Assembly: GCA_964016885.1 (NCBI GenBank)
Contig: OZ024741.1
Span: forward strand, 292,144,001 to 292,208,000
Length of the DNA stretch: 64,000 nt
Direction of reading: 5' to 3'
Source of the DNA: Eledone cirrhosa
Lineage: Eukaryota
The notes beneath the pieces were generated by a model that worked only from the letters and a program-made list of their open reading frames with translations, was not told the DNA's origin and made no database searches. Position numbers and translations under genes: made by a program. The first letter of the stretch is position 1. Every line of letters starts with the position of its first letter. This document shows positions 39,919 to 55,767 of the stretch, piece by piece.

Positions 39919-40682
39919 TAGCTAGTCTCGTCTTACCTCACCTCCTAGCCTAATGCTGTCACACTCACCTGGATATATCCCCCCACACACAATATGTGCA
40001 CCATCCTAGCCCTAAGTAAATGTTCACAACACACACTCATTCCCCATAGACACTGCAAGCATAAGCAACACTGTGAGTAAATAAACTTCGAAAAACACCA
40101 CAACCGTAACTACCATCAGCATCGCCGTCATCATCGCCTCTACTATTATCACCACCATCACCATCACCTTTATCCCAACGACACACCAGCTCCATCACCA
40201 CCACCTTGACCCCCAACGACACACCACCACCATCACCCCAACGACACACTACCGCAATCAGCCCAATGACACACCGTCACCATCACCTTCACCACAATGA
40301 CACACCGCCATCTCCACCTTCACCCCAACGACACACCACCGCCTTCACCCTAATGACACACCACCACCATCTCCACCGTAACCATCACTAGTCATATCAC
40401 TCCCACTAATGGACATACAAATAAAAAATGACAACTCCCATTCTCAGGGGAATATCTGTTGACCCTCTAACTTTAAGTTACTTAACGATTACTCTACCCC
40501 TTGTGAAGTTTTTTTTTAATTTTTATTTTAGATCATTTTATTGGGATCTACCATTTTGGATAGTCTGTATTTTTATTTCAGATATTTCTATATTGATACG
40601 CTTCACTATATAGATTCTCAGCCATCTTTTTATTGAGATGTAAAGTATATTACTAGCAAATGTTATGTTCACAGATACATAC

Positions 40683-40765
<83 letters not shown>

Positions 40766-40979
40766 TGTGTGTGTTATTCAGCTATTCAGCTCAACGAAAG
40801 AATTCTCGAATCAACAGTAATATAGAAATCAGCTTGAGATAACTTTTGTTTAAAAATATTTTAGACAAAAGTATTTTGCTAGTAACAGTTTCAAGCCAGA
40901 TGTGGAATATAGGCTTCATTTCAAACTGGTCATTAAATATTTTTGTTATCAGTACATATGCTTCATGTCCGCGATACAC

Positions 40980-41051
<72 letters not shown>

Positions 41052-42375
41052 GAACTTGAGGCGACTACACCTCTTCAAACACGTGAGTCTGTGTCAACTG
41101 GCCAGCTTGGCACCCTCCTATTGTCTGACCTGTAAAGACAACAACAAGAAATGCACACTAGCTCTACTGCCTTATCCACAACTCGAGCATCTCTTTACGG
41201 GCTTGCGTTGAACATAGCATAGCATAACATATAATAAATATGGCGAATTTTAAATTGACAGTACATCCACACTCTAGAATGTTATGGTGTGGTCCCATAA
41301 CTAAAGATGGGGTGGTAGAGACACCGTATTGGCGTACGGCGTTTCTTTGGCATTTTAAACTTGCGGAGCCCATCATCTCTCCAGGCCTGATTACAGCAGA
41401 TTTCTTCCAGAGAATGCTAGAAAATAAGAGATAGAGGAATTGGGAATGAGATATAGAGAACGAATCGACCCCAGTACTAGATTGGTACTGTTATTGACTT
41501 CGAACGGATGAAAGGCAAAGTTGACCTCAGCAGGATTTGAAGTCAGAGAGAAGAGATTCGGAACAAATACGGACAAGGCCTTTTATTCGACGTTCTAACG
41601 ACTATGCTAATTCACTGCCCTACACTCTAGAATACATCATGCAAATGTTTCTTCTGTTATAAAGTATTTTGAGAAATGTCGTAAAGAGGACTTTGTGGTC
41701 GTCAATCACAAACACAGAACAGATTATTGGAAACAGTATATCACAGGTTGTTCTACGTTGTGTGCTGTGTTTTCCGGTGAAGATTTCAATTCCGATGGTT
41801 CTGACTGGGGATGTGAAAGAAACTACGTGTCTTTCTCCGTCTATTTTATAAACTAACCTTCAATCAATTTAACTGTCGTACACAAACAGGTTTCGCTCTG
41901 AGTAACTTTTCAAAATTTCATTTTTGCACTCAAAGGTTTCCATATGCTGTGTTGAGTTATATCCTGTATGTGTTGGTGTTTATCGCTTTTGTTCTTTCCA
42001 AAAGAAGGGACGCAATTGGTTGTAACTGCGACGTATGACAAAGAGCAATACAACCCAATTCGTAACACTGGCATGCCTATCAAGTAGATATGATTATAAA
42101 ATATCTTTCCCTGCTGACGCGTTGTTTCAATGTCGAGTATCTGTGAAGAGAGAATGGGAAGATATCAATGTTTGGCAAGGATCGTCCTCCGCAGTTATCT
42201 ATACCTTGCCAAAGAGGAATCATGGGTACGGCTCCCTAATTATTTGATGGAATATACAGACATGTATTAAATTTTCAAAATAGATCTCTCTTTGAAGTGA
42301 AATTCGGAGTATATTAGGTAGCTGCCCACACACGTGCCCGCGAACATGTACACACACACACACACACACACACAG

Positions 42376-42425
<50 letters not shown>

Positions 42426-42515
42426 GTAGAAGTTGTATTAAATTTGTTTGAATTCCGACAAACATAAATCTTTATAACTGATTTAGAGCACACAACAGCG
42501 GGTGGAGTAAATATT

Positions 42516-42646
42516 CCGTGATATTAAATAAATGGAAACTATATTTATAAAACCATATTTATTTTATTATATATATTCACTTGAAATATATATAATAAAA
42601 TAAATATTGTTTTATAAATATAGTTTCCATTTATTTAATATCACGG
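42516..42646. mobile_element. Fold-back palindrome of the PLE 1 terminus
   Basis: ~64-bp arms nearly identical to 7011-7073, joined at TTCA-CT-TGAA just upstream of the hammerhead GAAA. Confidence 0.85.
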
Positions 42647-42686
<40 letters not shown>

Positions 42687-42720
42687 TATGTAAGTTTGTA
42701 TATATATATATATATATATA

Positions 42721-42848
42721 TAACGAAGGAAATGTGGTAAGGATCCAGATGGACCATAACGCACCAAAGTACTCAATACTTAGGGTAATAGGAACGAGTA
42801 GGACCCCGACGGCTGAGCCCAAGCCGTTTCGACGGCTAATTCTGGACA
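42721..42848 (-). mobile_element. Family H element, single arm
   Basis: Matches 14325-14463 and stops at the same CTGGAC boundary; in (TA)n. Confidence 0.85.
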
Positions 42849-43231
42849 ATATATATATATATATATATATATGATACTAATAACAAAAAGAATGATGAGA
42901 AAGCAAGTAAATGCTGATAGAAATATAAAGATGAATTTGGAGTAAAAAAGAATGACAAACTAGACAATGATTTGACCCAAAATATTTCATAACATTTCAA
43001 GGTTTTCTTTTGTCAATCGTTTTTCTAGTCAAGTTCCGTCTTTATATTTCCATATTTCCATTCTGCATTGTCCCGGTTTTCCCAAGACTCTATTATGTAT
43101 TGCATATCGCGCAAAGCTTCATGTACACTATAGCATTTTATAAATACACATGCAAACACACGCATATGCATACATCCATACATATATATACATAAACACG
43201 CACATACACTCATATATACATATATAGATAC

Positions 43232-43269
<38 letters not shown>

Positions 43270-43449
43270 ATGTGTGTGTGAGTGTATATGTATATATATG
43301 TATATATATTTATATGTATGTGTATATATATATATATATATATATACGTGTCTACAGGGCATATATAATATACATGTATACTTGTCTGTAATTTATAAAT
43401 ATATATATACACATGAACATATATACATATAAAAAAAATATGTGTGCCT

Positions 43450-43715
43450 GCAAACAAACACATTCACACACACATGCAAGCATACAAACACACTCACACA
43501 CACATCCAAGCATACAAACACACTCACACACACACATGCAAGCATACAAACACATTCACACACACATGCAAGCATACAAACGCACTCACACACACACATG
43601 CAAGCATACAAACGCACTCACACACATGCAAGCACACAAACGCACTCACACACACACATGCAAGCATACAAACGCACTCACACACACACATGCAAGCATA
43701 CAAACACACACATAC
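43450..43715. repeat. ~30-bp minisatellite CAAGCATACAAACGCACTCACACACACATG
   Basis: About 8 units. Confidence 0.9.
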
Positions 43716-44386
43716 ATACATACCACAGCACATATAGCTAATTCAATTTCAAATTCTTTTCATCCATTCTTATTTTCTGTGAGTGAATCAGAACTTTGTT
43801 TCCAGACAAAAGACATGAACTTATCGAATTAAAGTTTTCACTTAGATGGCAGAAGCTTTAAGAGCGAAATAGGAATTTCTTATGAATAGAACGCTGTAGC
43901 GGATTAACTTTGGAATGGTAACAGTTGAATAGAGAAATATTCCACACACACAATCTCTCTCTCTGTCTCTCTGTCTGTCTCTCTCCCTCTCTCACACACA
44001 CACACACACACGTACGCATTAACACACACACGTACATACACACACACACACACGTACGCACACACACACGAACGCACACACACACACACGTACGCACATA
44101 CATACACACACACACACGTACGCACATACACACACAGACGTACACACATACACACACATCCGTACGCACATACACACACACACGTACGCACACACACACG
44201 TACGCACACACACACACACACGTAGGCACATACACACACACGTACGCACATACACACACACAAACACAGACATACACGTACGCACATACACACACTCGCA
44301 CACACAGAGACGTACACACATACACACACACACACACACACGTACGCATATACAGACACACACACACATACACACATACACGTACG

Positions 44387-44421
<35 letters not shown>

Positions 44422-44583
44422 ACATACACACATACACATACACACTCTCTCTCACTCCCATGTTCTCTCTTTCTCACTCTCTTTTTAGTTTTGGTACCTT
44501 TTCTCACTGTGATTCACTAAGGATGTTCACACCAGATATGGCGATTAATTATAATATGTTCAATCTGTTTTATACACACACAA

Positions 44584-44715
<132 letters not shown>

Positions 44716-44759
44716 GCGCGTGTGTGTGGATATGTATTATGTATATATATAATTTCCAA

Positions 44760-44961
44760 CATGGCTGACTGAATATGCACGTGGTTTTTGCTAATTTTTT
44801 TCCCGTTCATTCCTCTTTTCACTCTTTATATTTCTATTTCATCTAATTATATCATCTGATGAAGGACAAGTGTCCGAAACGTTAAGATACTTTTTTTGTT
44901 ATTTCAAGCATTAAACTAATATATTTCTTCAATGTAATGTATCCTTTCCTTTGTTATTCCT

Positions 44962-44965
<4 letters not shown>
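44760..44965 (+). mobile_element. Family K element with intact minimal hammerhead at 44851-44888
   Basis: ATCAT CTGATGA A GGAC-aagt-GTCC GAAAC GTT AAGAT. Confidence 0.8.
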
Positions 44966-45024
<59 letters not shown>

Positions 45025-45028
<4 letters not shown>

Positions 45029-45225
45029 AACGAGTAGGACCCCGACGGCTGAGGTCAAGCCGTTTCGACGGCTAATTCTGGACATTTTAATCCAGAATTA
45101 GCCGTCGAAACGGCTTGAGCTCAGCCGTCGGGTTCCTACTCGTTCCTATTACCCACTCTACTACCCTAAGTATTGAGTACTTTGGTGCGTTATGGTCCAC
45201 CGGGTTCCTTACCACATTTCCTTCG

Positions 45226-45228
<3 letters not shown>
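45025..45228 (+). mobile_element. Fold-back element family H
   Basis: Arms 45025-45082/45091-45148, then a unique 3' tail; in (TA)n. Confidence 0.88.
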
Positions 45229-45271
<43 letters not shown>

Positions 45272-45345
45272 ATAATAATAAATGTGAAGACTAAAATCCA
45301 AATAAAGGGTGAAAGCAGCGTTTCTTTGCTTAAACTTTAATCTGT

Positions 45346-45382
<37 letters not shown>

Positions 45383-45387
45383 GTAAG

Positions 45388-45675
45388 GGTAAAGACCCCC
45401 TTCGGTCACGAAAGACAATGGGATTTTCACCTAGAAAGCTCTCCTCCGAGGAGCAAGTCCGGGCAAGTTTGTTTGTAGAAGAGCAGCAGTGGCCCATCCA
45501 CACCAGTCTCCCCTTTTAAGTGATGTTGTCCAAGCGAAAGACTAAGACCGATACAGTTTGGGGCACCAGTGACGTCGCAACTCATTTCTACAGCTGAGTT
45601 TACTGGAGCAACGTGAAATAAAGTGTCTTGCTCAAGGATGCAACTCATCACCCGGGTCTGAAAATCGAACTCACA
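45388..45675 (-). mobile_element. SINE family B (related copies 52257-52440, ~55250-55365, ~56412-56510)
   Basis: Minus strand GAGTTCGATT B-box and TTGAGCAAGACACTTTATTTCACGTTGCTCCAGT; GCACCAGTGACGTCG shared with 52346-52361. Confidence 0.75.
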
Positions 45676-46015
45676 CACACACACACACACACACCTGTTT
45701 GTACATTATAGTTCAGTCCTTCCCATTGCTGCTAAAACCGGATACATAAGAAATGAACTTACGCGTATCCAGATCACTCACACTGCACACTGAGGATGTA
45801 CTGAGGACGATCGTATACTCAACATCCACAGCGAATTGTCTTAGGAAGCGAAGTCTCCGCAGGCATAAGAACTTCTCTAACACCTGTTTCATGAAAGTAC
45901 TAACCCTTCAATATTCATAACTGGGTTTTCAAAATGTTTATTTATTAAACATACCGGATATCTTTAGATATACGAAATTCACATACATGTATGTATACAG
46001 CTATACCAAAGCTAA

Positions 46016-46049
<34 letters not shown>

Positions 46050-46052
46050 TAT

Positions 46053-46387
46053 AAGATCAAAAGATGGTTAAAAGAGTTCCATGTATTTTATTATGCGCAT
46101 TTCAAAAACAAATATCATCATGCAATAATCGGATGCCATGCTTTCCAGCATAGTTACGTCCCTTTACGATCTGAGTTCAAATCCCGCCGAGGTTGACTTT
46201 GCCTTTCATCCTTACGAGGTCGATAAAATAAAGTACCAGTAATGAACTGGGTAATTGCTGGCCTTGTGCCTAAAGTAGAAACAAATATTTGTGTTTTCAT
46301 CAGATAAAATAGGAAGACATGATATGAAGGTTAAAAAACACTTGTGAATAGTGCAGTTTTGAATCAACATGTATGTTGATTCAAAAC
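46053..46387 (-). mobile_element. 3' end of a PLE 2-family element; hammerhead interrupted by SINE A (46129-46285)
   Basis: 46055-46122 and 46285-46370 match 8757-8918; ends in hairpin GTTTTGAATCAACAT-gt-ATGTTGATTCAAAAC. Confidence 0.85.
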
Positions 46388-47055
46388 GCGCGAGTTATAT
46401 ATAACTCATTTTCTTATATATATATATATATATATAAACAGGAGAAAGCTCTCAACATTCGTAATTTTTAGTTACGATGGAGATTTTATAAAAATAACAA
46501 AAATAATAATGCTGATGTTACATAAACCGTTTAATCATTATAATTATTTACATGGTTCTCCGTGAAATCGAGAAGTTTAATTGTTTTTTAATAAAAAATT
46601 GAGATGCCCTACACGGGTGAAAGTATAAGGAAAAGAAATCTAAAATGCAACTGGAGTCTTTTAAAGAATAGTTATTTATTTCCTTTATCGGTTTCACAGT
46701 TCTTCTGAAAATTAGAATTGAGATGGAGGATTTGTAGTTTGTCTCGCATTTGATAAGAGAGAAACTACAAACACACCAGACAAATGAAAGATTTTTTATT
46801 ACTTTGAAAAACCCTACTGTTCAGTCGATCCAAGTTATTCTTTACTCATATATATATATATATATATATATAGGATAACAAGGTATTGTTTAAGGTAATC
46901 CGATGATTTGATCAGGCAAACACTGTAATTAAGGTCGAGTGACGTATTTTCTAGCGATCAACGGCATTTAGACTCACCTGATTAATGGAACAATTGTTAA
47001 TACTGTACATAAGCCTTTTTCATACTGCCGACCATGTTATTCCTCATTCTTTAAC

Positions 47056-47097
<42 letters not shown>

Positions 47098-47811
47098 GTG
47101 TGTGTGTGTGTGTTGTGTGTGTGTGTGTGTCTGTGTGTGTGCCTATGTGTGTGTGTGCGTGCGTGTGTGTGTATTTTATATTTATGTAGGTATTTCATAT
47201 ATGCTTGATGGACCAACACTGCTAACTTGGAATCATATATTATATATGAACACGCACACACAAACATAATTATTTTCCTTGTACAAAGAAGAAAACAGAG
47301 TTTGCTATCATAGATTTCAAAGATTGATGTCTTATCCTTTCACAAAACAAGAGTAGCTATAGCAGCCATTCTTTATGTCAAACACAAACTAGAACTTAAA
47401 GGTAATGGCCAGTTTAATTGGCATGACATGCATCCGTTTAAAAATGTAATTAATCAATATCAATATAACATAAATATGTTCATTCACACGTGTCACGTTT
47501 CGCAATTTTTCAATCAACTCTAGGTACGATCGGTAGTGATCGATCCCAACTCTGAATTCGATTGCTCATCAGAGAATCCACAAGTACCTGAGTTGAGCCC
47601 GATTACTACTGATCAAACCTTGAGCTGATCGATCGTGAAACGTGCGTTATGTACGAATAAACATAATATTATGTTGATATATTTTTCCTGCTCATTATTA
47701 TTATTATTATAATGAAAACTTTGCCTTTCATCCTTACGGGGTCGATAAAATAAAGTACCAGTAATGCACTGAGATAATTGCTGGCCTTATGCCAAAAATA
47801 GAAACAACTAT

Positions 47812-47886
<75 letters not shown>

Positions 47887-48231
47887 TCAATGAAAAAAGA
47901 GTTGGTTAATTTGTAATCAACTTAACTCTTGTATATAACAGATGCCAAGCACTCTACAGTATATATTTATCCAGAGTATTATTATAATAATAATAGCAAT
48001 AAACGAAATATATGTACTTTATATATCTTTATATATATATATATACATGGTGGTCACCGATCTGTCCAGCTCGTTGGCTACAGACATATCTTGAAAAATT
48101 ATACATCTCATTTGAATTTTGTTTGAAGAGGACATGTTCTAGTTTATGTTATACATAACACTTTGCATCTTCGAATTATATATATAATAGAGATGATACA
48201 AAATATATTTATTTCGTTTATTACTATTATT

Positions 48232-48592
48232 AGAGCGTCAGACACCATGCTTTCCAGCATAGAGTTATGGCCCTTTACGTTCTGAGTTCAAATCTCGCCG
48301 AGGTTAACTTTGCCTTTCATCCTTACGGGGTCGATAAAATAAAGTACCAGTAATGCACTGGTGTAATCGCTGGCCTTGTGCCAAAAGTAGAAATACTATT
48401 ATTCGGTGGATTGGCAGTATCGGTAGAGGTTCGGACGCCATGCTTTGACGCATAGAGTTACGGCCCTTGCCATTCTGAGTTCAAATCCCGCCGAGGTTAA
48501 CTTTGCCTTTCATCCTTACGGGGTCGATAAAATAAAGTACCAGTAATGTACTGGGTAATTTTCTGGCCTTGTGCCAATAGTAGAAAACAATT
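48232..48592 (+). mobile_element. Two tandem SINE family A copies (48232-48402, 48404-48592)
   Basis: The second is full length: GGTGGATTGGCAGTATCGGTAGAG (A box) .. GAGTTCAAATCCC (B box) .. tail. Confidence 0.92.
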
Positions 48593-48644
48593 ATTTGTAT
48601 ATATATATACACACACATACACTCTCTCTATCTCTCCCTCTCCC

Positions 48645-48675
<31 letters not shown>

Positions 48676-49179
48676 TTCTCACCATCTTTTCTCCAGTGTA
48701 ATAAACGTTTTACACGAAACGTACTACAGCTATAATAGATTTTTAAGTTAAAATTTTACAAATTAACCACATGTAGTTTCACCTTAACGATCCTCAAAGG
48801 ATTTAACTTTAAAAAATATAAAACGCTTAAAACAGGATTTTATTTTTGTTAAAATAAAAAAAAAAAACGAGGTTAAAAATTGAAAATACAAAAAGTTTCT
48901 TTCAATTTAAGATTTAAAATTTTAAAAATACATATATACTTTTAAAAATTAATGAAATTTAAAAAGTAAAAAAAAAAAAGTGAGCAAAAAGTTTTTTTCT
49001 TCTGACATTCTGTTGTCAAACCTTTTCACCTTTTAAATATTGATTTCGAAGTGGGAGAGATCTGGGATGGAACTCAGCAATAATGTGAATGTGTGTGTGT
49101 GAGTGTGTGTGTGTGTACGTGCGTGCGTGTGTGTGTGTTTGTGTGTGCGTGCGTGTGTGTGTGTGTCTGTGTGTGTCTG

Positions 49180-49213
<34 letters not shown>

Positions 49214-49723
49214 CGCTGAGGAGAAGGTAGAAGGGAAATGAGGTGGAGTGGATGTCTAAGGTGTAAAATTGTTTTCTTTGTGTTTCTTCCTTAAATTTTT
49301 TATGTGTCTGCTATTGTTGTTTTTGCTGATGCATCACACTTTCAATTGCTGCTGCTGGTGTGTATATACATGTGTGTGTCTGTATATTTCTGTGTGTGAA
49401 TATCTGTGTATGCATCTGTCTCTATGTGCGTGTGCGTGAATATGAGTGTATGCTTATATGTATGCAAGGGTGTATGTGTCTCTGAGTATATGTGGGAATG
49501 TATGGGAGACGAAGAAGAAGAAGAAGAAGGAGGAGAAGGGGGAGAGGGCGGTCTCCTGTGATATACATTTCATGTTGACCTTTCCTTGCTGTCGTGATTC
49601 GTGATTTGAGATTTTTGATGTGATCTTGTTTGAGAGTGGATATTATCTAACATGCTTGCGCACTGCCACATATGTATGTGTGTACATGCACACATACACA
49701 GACACACTAACACATATACACAC

Positions 49724-49771
<48 letters not shown>

Positions 49772-49890
49772 GTGTATGTGTGTGTGCACAATTACATTGG
49801 AAAGATATCCATACACATAACTATATATATATATGTATGTATAATTATTGTATGAATGTATCTCTTTCCAATGTAATTATGCACACACAC

Positions 49891-51120
<1,230 letters not shown>

Positions 51121-51366
51121 GAGAGAGAGAGAGAAAGAGAAAGAGAAAGAGGGAGAAAATGGGGATGTGTGTGTGTGTGCGTGCGTACGCTCTCAATAAA
51201 TATAATATACAAGTAAAACAGTATATATATATATATAAGTTTACGTATATAATTTATATATATAAACACAGAGAGTGAAAGAGAGAGAGAGAGTGAGAAT
51301 GACACACGCATATATGTATGTGTGTGTATGTACAGAGAGTGAGAGAGTCATAAAGAGAGAGTCAGA

Positions 51367-51446
<80 letters not shown>

Positions 51447-51718
51447 ATGAGCTACAATAATGTTTCCATCTTTATGTGTTACCTTGTTAGTTAATGGAAT
51501 GGGGTCAAGGAAGTGACAGAATTCCTCGACACTAGTAAGGTTTACATTAACCCTTTTACCTTGTATCTTGTACGACTTTATACGATGGTAGTGCTTCTGT
51601 CTTGTGAATGTATCCTTCACATGACAACCGTCTTCCGCTGTCCCCTGGTAATGATGACGGCTCTTCACTTCAAATGTAACATTTATCAAACGCAAATACT
51701 CATGCATCCGTACACATA

Positions 51719-51782
<64 letters not shown>

Positions 51783-52728
51783 AACCTAGATACATACACC
51801 TCATCTAAAACATCAAAATATACAAAAAAATACAACAAAGCAGTTTCTATCCTATCGTTTAACCACCAAGAAATAGCAGTCAAAAACTCTGGTGAAGTAA
51901 GCCATACATCCTTTAAAACAGATCGTATAAAAGACTAAATGGTGATGGCTGGAACACCAGTGATCCTATATAGGTTTAGGTTGAACTGCGAAGTAGATAT
52001 AACACTCATTTATTTCTAAGTGTGTTACAGCTCAATATGTTAGTCACACAATGTCCAGCTAGTCATACGATCCAATGTAAAATCCGTAGTGTCTGGGGTA
52101 GGTAGTTAATGATAGAAAAACACAGAGCATAATTATTCAATCCAGTTCAGGAACCAATGGCTTAATGGAGGTCAAATTATTTATTCATTTCTATGACCGT
52201 TTCGATTTAAATTTCATCACGCATTTGGTTCACCACCTGAATTGTATATATATTTGTGGAAGACCAGCAGTCGTCCATGCATACCAATCTTCCCTCTCCA
52301 CGCCACCGATGTTGTCCAAAGGAAAGGCAATGGCCGATACAGCTTAGCACCAGTGACGTCGTAACTCATCCCCGCCCGGGATTCAAACCCACAACCTTAC
52401 GAGTGTGAGCTCAAAGCTTTAACCACTAAGCCGCGCGCCTTTATATATATATATATGTTCAAATGAATCATTGACTTGATTTTCTCATCTTTTCCTCTCT
52501 TTACGTTGCCTCACCATTCGTGTTTGTTTACCTGCTCTCTTTCTCCACCCAATTCTTTTTATCCCAATAACTTGTTTTAGTTATTGTTCGCGCTAGCCGG
52601 AGGTATCTGGTCTGTAATGCGAAGAAATACCTATGATGGCTAGTAGACCACTGATGATGGATAGTCCTGGCTTCTATTTCTAATTCTTTATTATATATAT
52701 CATATTTGCAACAACACAGCTCGCCATT

Positions 52729-52784
<56 letters not shown>

Positions 52785-53789
52785 TTATTTATTTATTGTT
52801 TAGAGAACGTAAGAGAAACACAAACATAAGGACAATTCCAATCCCCGCCCTTCGGCTGTGGGTCGCTGTTGTTTCGACGCATTAAAGACTACGTATATAT
52901 ATATATACACACAGAGATACATACATATCGCAGGCGTTTCTTGTATGAATGCAAAGCATATTTAAAATATAGAAATCATAAATGAATACAAATAAGAAAC
53001 CTGATTTTAATGTTTTTTTAATGAAACAGCTGTATATGTGCTATGTATCCTACTTTACATCAGAATATGCTAATAAACATGTATGCAGTCTGGAAACGAC
53101 AAAACAAGCAAACACACGTGTAAACACATTAAGATGTACTAAAACACAGGTAAACCCACCAAACGCACATATAAAAAAAAGCGGAATATACAAAACCACC
53201 CAAAGAAAAATGGAAATACTAAAACATTAAAATGCGCAAAAAAAAAAAAAAGAAAAGAAACACTGCAAAACGCCTCAAAGCAATAAAAATTCCTAAGTGA
53301 ACACTGAAATATATTACAGCATAAAATTAAAAAACGCCCTAATTCATATTCATAGACACAAATGTATGTTTATATACGTGTGGGTCTGTCTGTGTTTTTT
53401 ATATTTATACTGGCCTAAAGAAAAACGGTGTTGCTTTTTATAATGTGTCCCTTTATGTCCCGCAAACTGTATTAGAATATTAATATCGACTAAATAGGTT
53501 GCCTGTTTGAAATAGTGCACAAAAAAATAAGTGTACACTAAGCACTAACACAGTGGAAAGTATTAGAATTAATTTTAAAAACATGGCAATATACTGAAAC
53601 TTCAAACCGCATCAATACCCTACATTTGAAAAATACGCCATTGCAATAGACATTAAAACTATATCTCGAGGCTCAATTTTAAAAACACATGATTACACTA
53701 GTTTTTTTTTAAACCTGTGAATGCATTACATTTTAAAAACACGTTAATACATTAACGTTTTTAAAAACGTTAATACACTACATTTTGTA

Positions 53790-54545
53790 TACGAAAATAT
53801 ACTAATTTTATACATGAAAATATACTAGTTTTATACATGAAAATATACTAATTTTATACATGAAAATATACTAATTTTATACATGAAAATATACTAGTTT
53901 AAAAAAAAATCACATTCACTAGGTTTTAAACATGCGCCGATACAGTTTAGTTTTAAAAAATACAACAATAACAGAAATTTTAAAAAACACGACAATACAG
54001 TAAAGTTTAAAAACACGACAATACAGTAAAGTTTAAAAACACAGCAATACAGTAAAGTTTAAAAACACGACAATACAGTAAAGTTTAAAAACACAGCAAT
54101 ACAGTAGTTTAAATATTCGTCAATACACTAAATTCTAAACACGACAATACGGTAACATTTAAAAAGACTACAATACAGTAAAGTTTAAAAACTCTACAAT
54201 ACAGTTACGTTTAAAACTCTATAATACAGAAAACTTCAAAACATACCAATACACTAAATTTAAACAGAAAACAATACAGTAAACTATAAAAAAAAGTCTT
54301 CAATATAGTAACATTTAAAAGATACCAATACAGTAAAGTTTATAAATTTGTCAATACAGTAAAGTTTAAAAGCATACGAATAGAGTTAAATTTAAAAACA
54401 TGACAATACAGTAAACTTTAATAACACACAAATACACTAAATTTAAACAGAAACCAAGACAGTAAAATTTAAAAACTCTTTAATATAGTAACGTTTAAAA
54501 AGACACCAATACAGTAAAGTTTACAAACACGCGTTAATACAGTAA
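53790..54545. repeat. Minisatellites: 21-bp TACATGAAAATATACTAATTT, then ~25-bp AAAACACGACAATACAGTAAAGTTT
   Basis: About 5 and about 24 degenerate units. Confidence 0.9.
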
Positions 54546-54639
54546 AAAGTATTAAAATACGGGAGATGAAACAAAAACATGTGCCATGAAATACAAAACA
54601 TTTCACAAGACACACAGACACAACAGGCCCATGCAAGGA

Positions 54640-54970
54640 TAATTAATAGGACCAGGTCAGAAGTAAAATAAGGCTGGTAATAGGCTCATGCCTGATGTGA
54701 ATTGTAGCCCCCCCCCCCCCTAAAGTTGGTAATAGCTCAGACCGGATGTAACATGTAGACCCCAAAAACTGTGTAATAGACCCTAGCCAAATGTGAAATG
54801 AAGGCTCCCAAAACTCATAATAGGCCTTGGCCAAATGTGAAATATTGCCCCCCCCCCCCCTAAACTGGTAATAGGCTCAGGCCAAATTGGTAATAGGCTC
54901 AGGTCAAATATGAAATGTAGGCCTCCAAAAGTAATAATTAGCCAAGGTGAGATGTGAAATGCAGGCCACA
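54640..54970. repeat. Degenerate ~45-bp tandem repeat GTAATAGGCTCAGGCCAAATGTGAAATGTAGGC(C)nAAAACT
   Basis: About 7 units. Confidence 0.8.
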
Positions 54971-55528
54971 TTTCTAACTGCTTAAGTATTTTAGTAATCA
55001 GTGCTAAATATATATGATTTATGTACAGGTATCTTGTTTATGCATGTCAATGTGGTTAAAAATGATAGGACAAAGCTAGAACTGGAGGGAAGCGGGGCCC
55101 CCTTCAATGCCCCCTGACTTAGCTGTTCTCTACACTCCCACTAGTCTGGTCTGAATACAAGAAATTATAGAATGTCTCTACATGGTTGTTCAGCTTGCTG
55201 GAAATAAACAAATTCCCTTTAAATTACACACATTCTTCAAAGGACACGATAGTAGTAAGGCTGTTGGTCTAACGATCATAATGTCGTGTGTTCAATTCCT
55301 TGACTGAGTTATATATTGTGTTTTTGAGCAAATCACTTCATTTCACGTTGCTCCAGTATACTCAGATCAACTCACTGAAATCAAATGCCACCGTGGTCAA
55401 CATTGCCTTTCATCTATTCGAGATCGATTAAAAAAGTACCAGTCGGTTCTTTTTCTGTATCATTTTCTCACTTAATTTCTCTCTGGAAGAAAAGAAATCT
55501 GCTGTGTTCAGACTCAGTGAAGAGATAG

Positions 55529-55767
55529 CAGTGCTTCACTTACCTATAAGCTAAATAAGCTATAGTCTAGGGCCACACACCCTTGTTGGACCTCATTTTA
55601 AAAAAATATATTATTTATTTTATCATTAGACTTAATTCTTTAACAATAAATCATAAACAATATATATACATATTATTTTTTCTTTACAATTAACACTAAT
55701 ATTTTTGTAGAGAAGGGCCTCAAATTGCATATAGCTTAGGGCCTCATTAGGTGAAAGTTCGACCCTG
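55529..55767. mobile_element. hAT-type MITE
   Basis: CAGTGCTTCAC..GTTCGACCCTG; 8-bp TSD AGAGATAG / GGAGATAG; homologous to 26799-27378. Confidence 0.8.

Noticed and set aside
48404-48495. tRNA-like sequence with A and B boxes
   Set aside because: Head of SINE A; box spacing is extended, no cloverleaf or acceptor stem seen, and it runs into the SINE body.
53940-54545. Regularly spaced ~25-bp repeats, superficially CRISPR-like
   Set aside because: No unique spacers, eukaryotic context and no cas genes; ordinary minisatellite.
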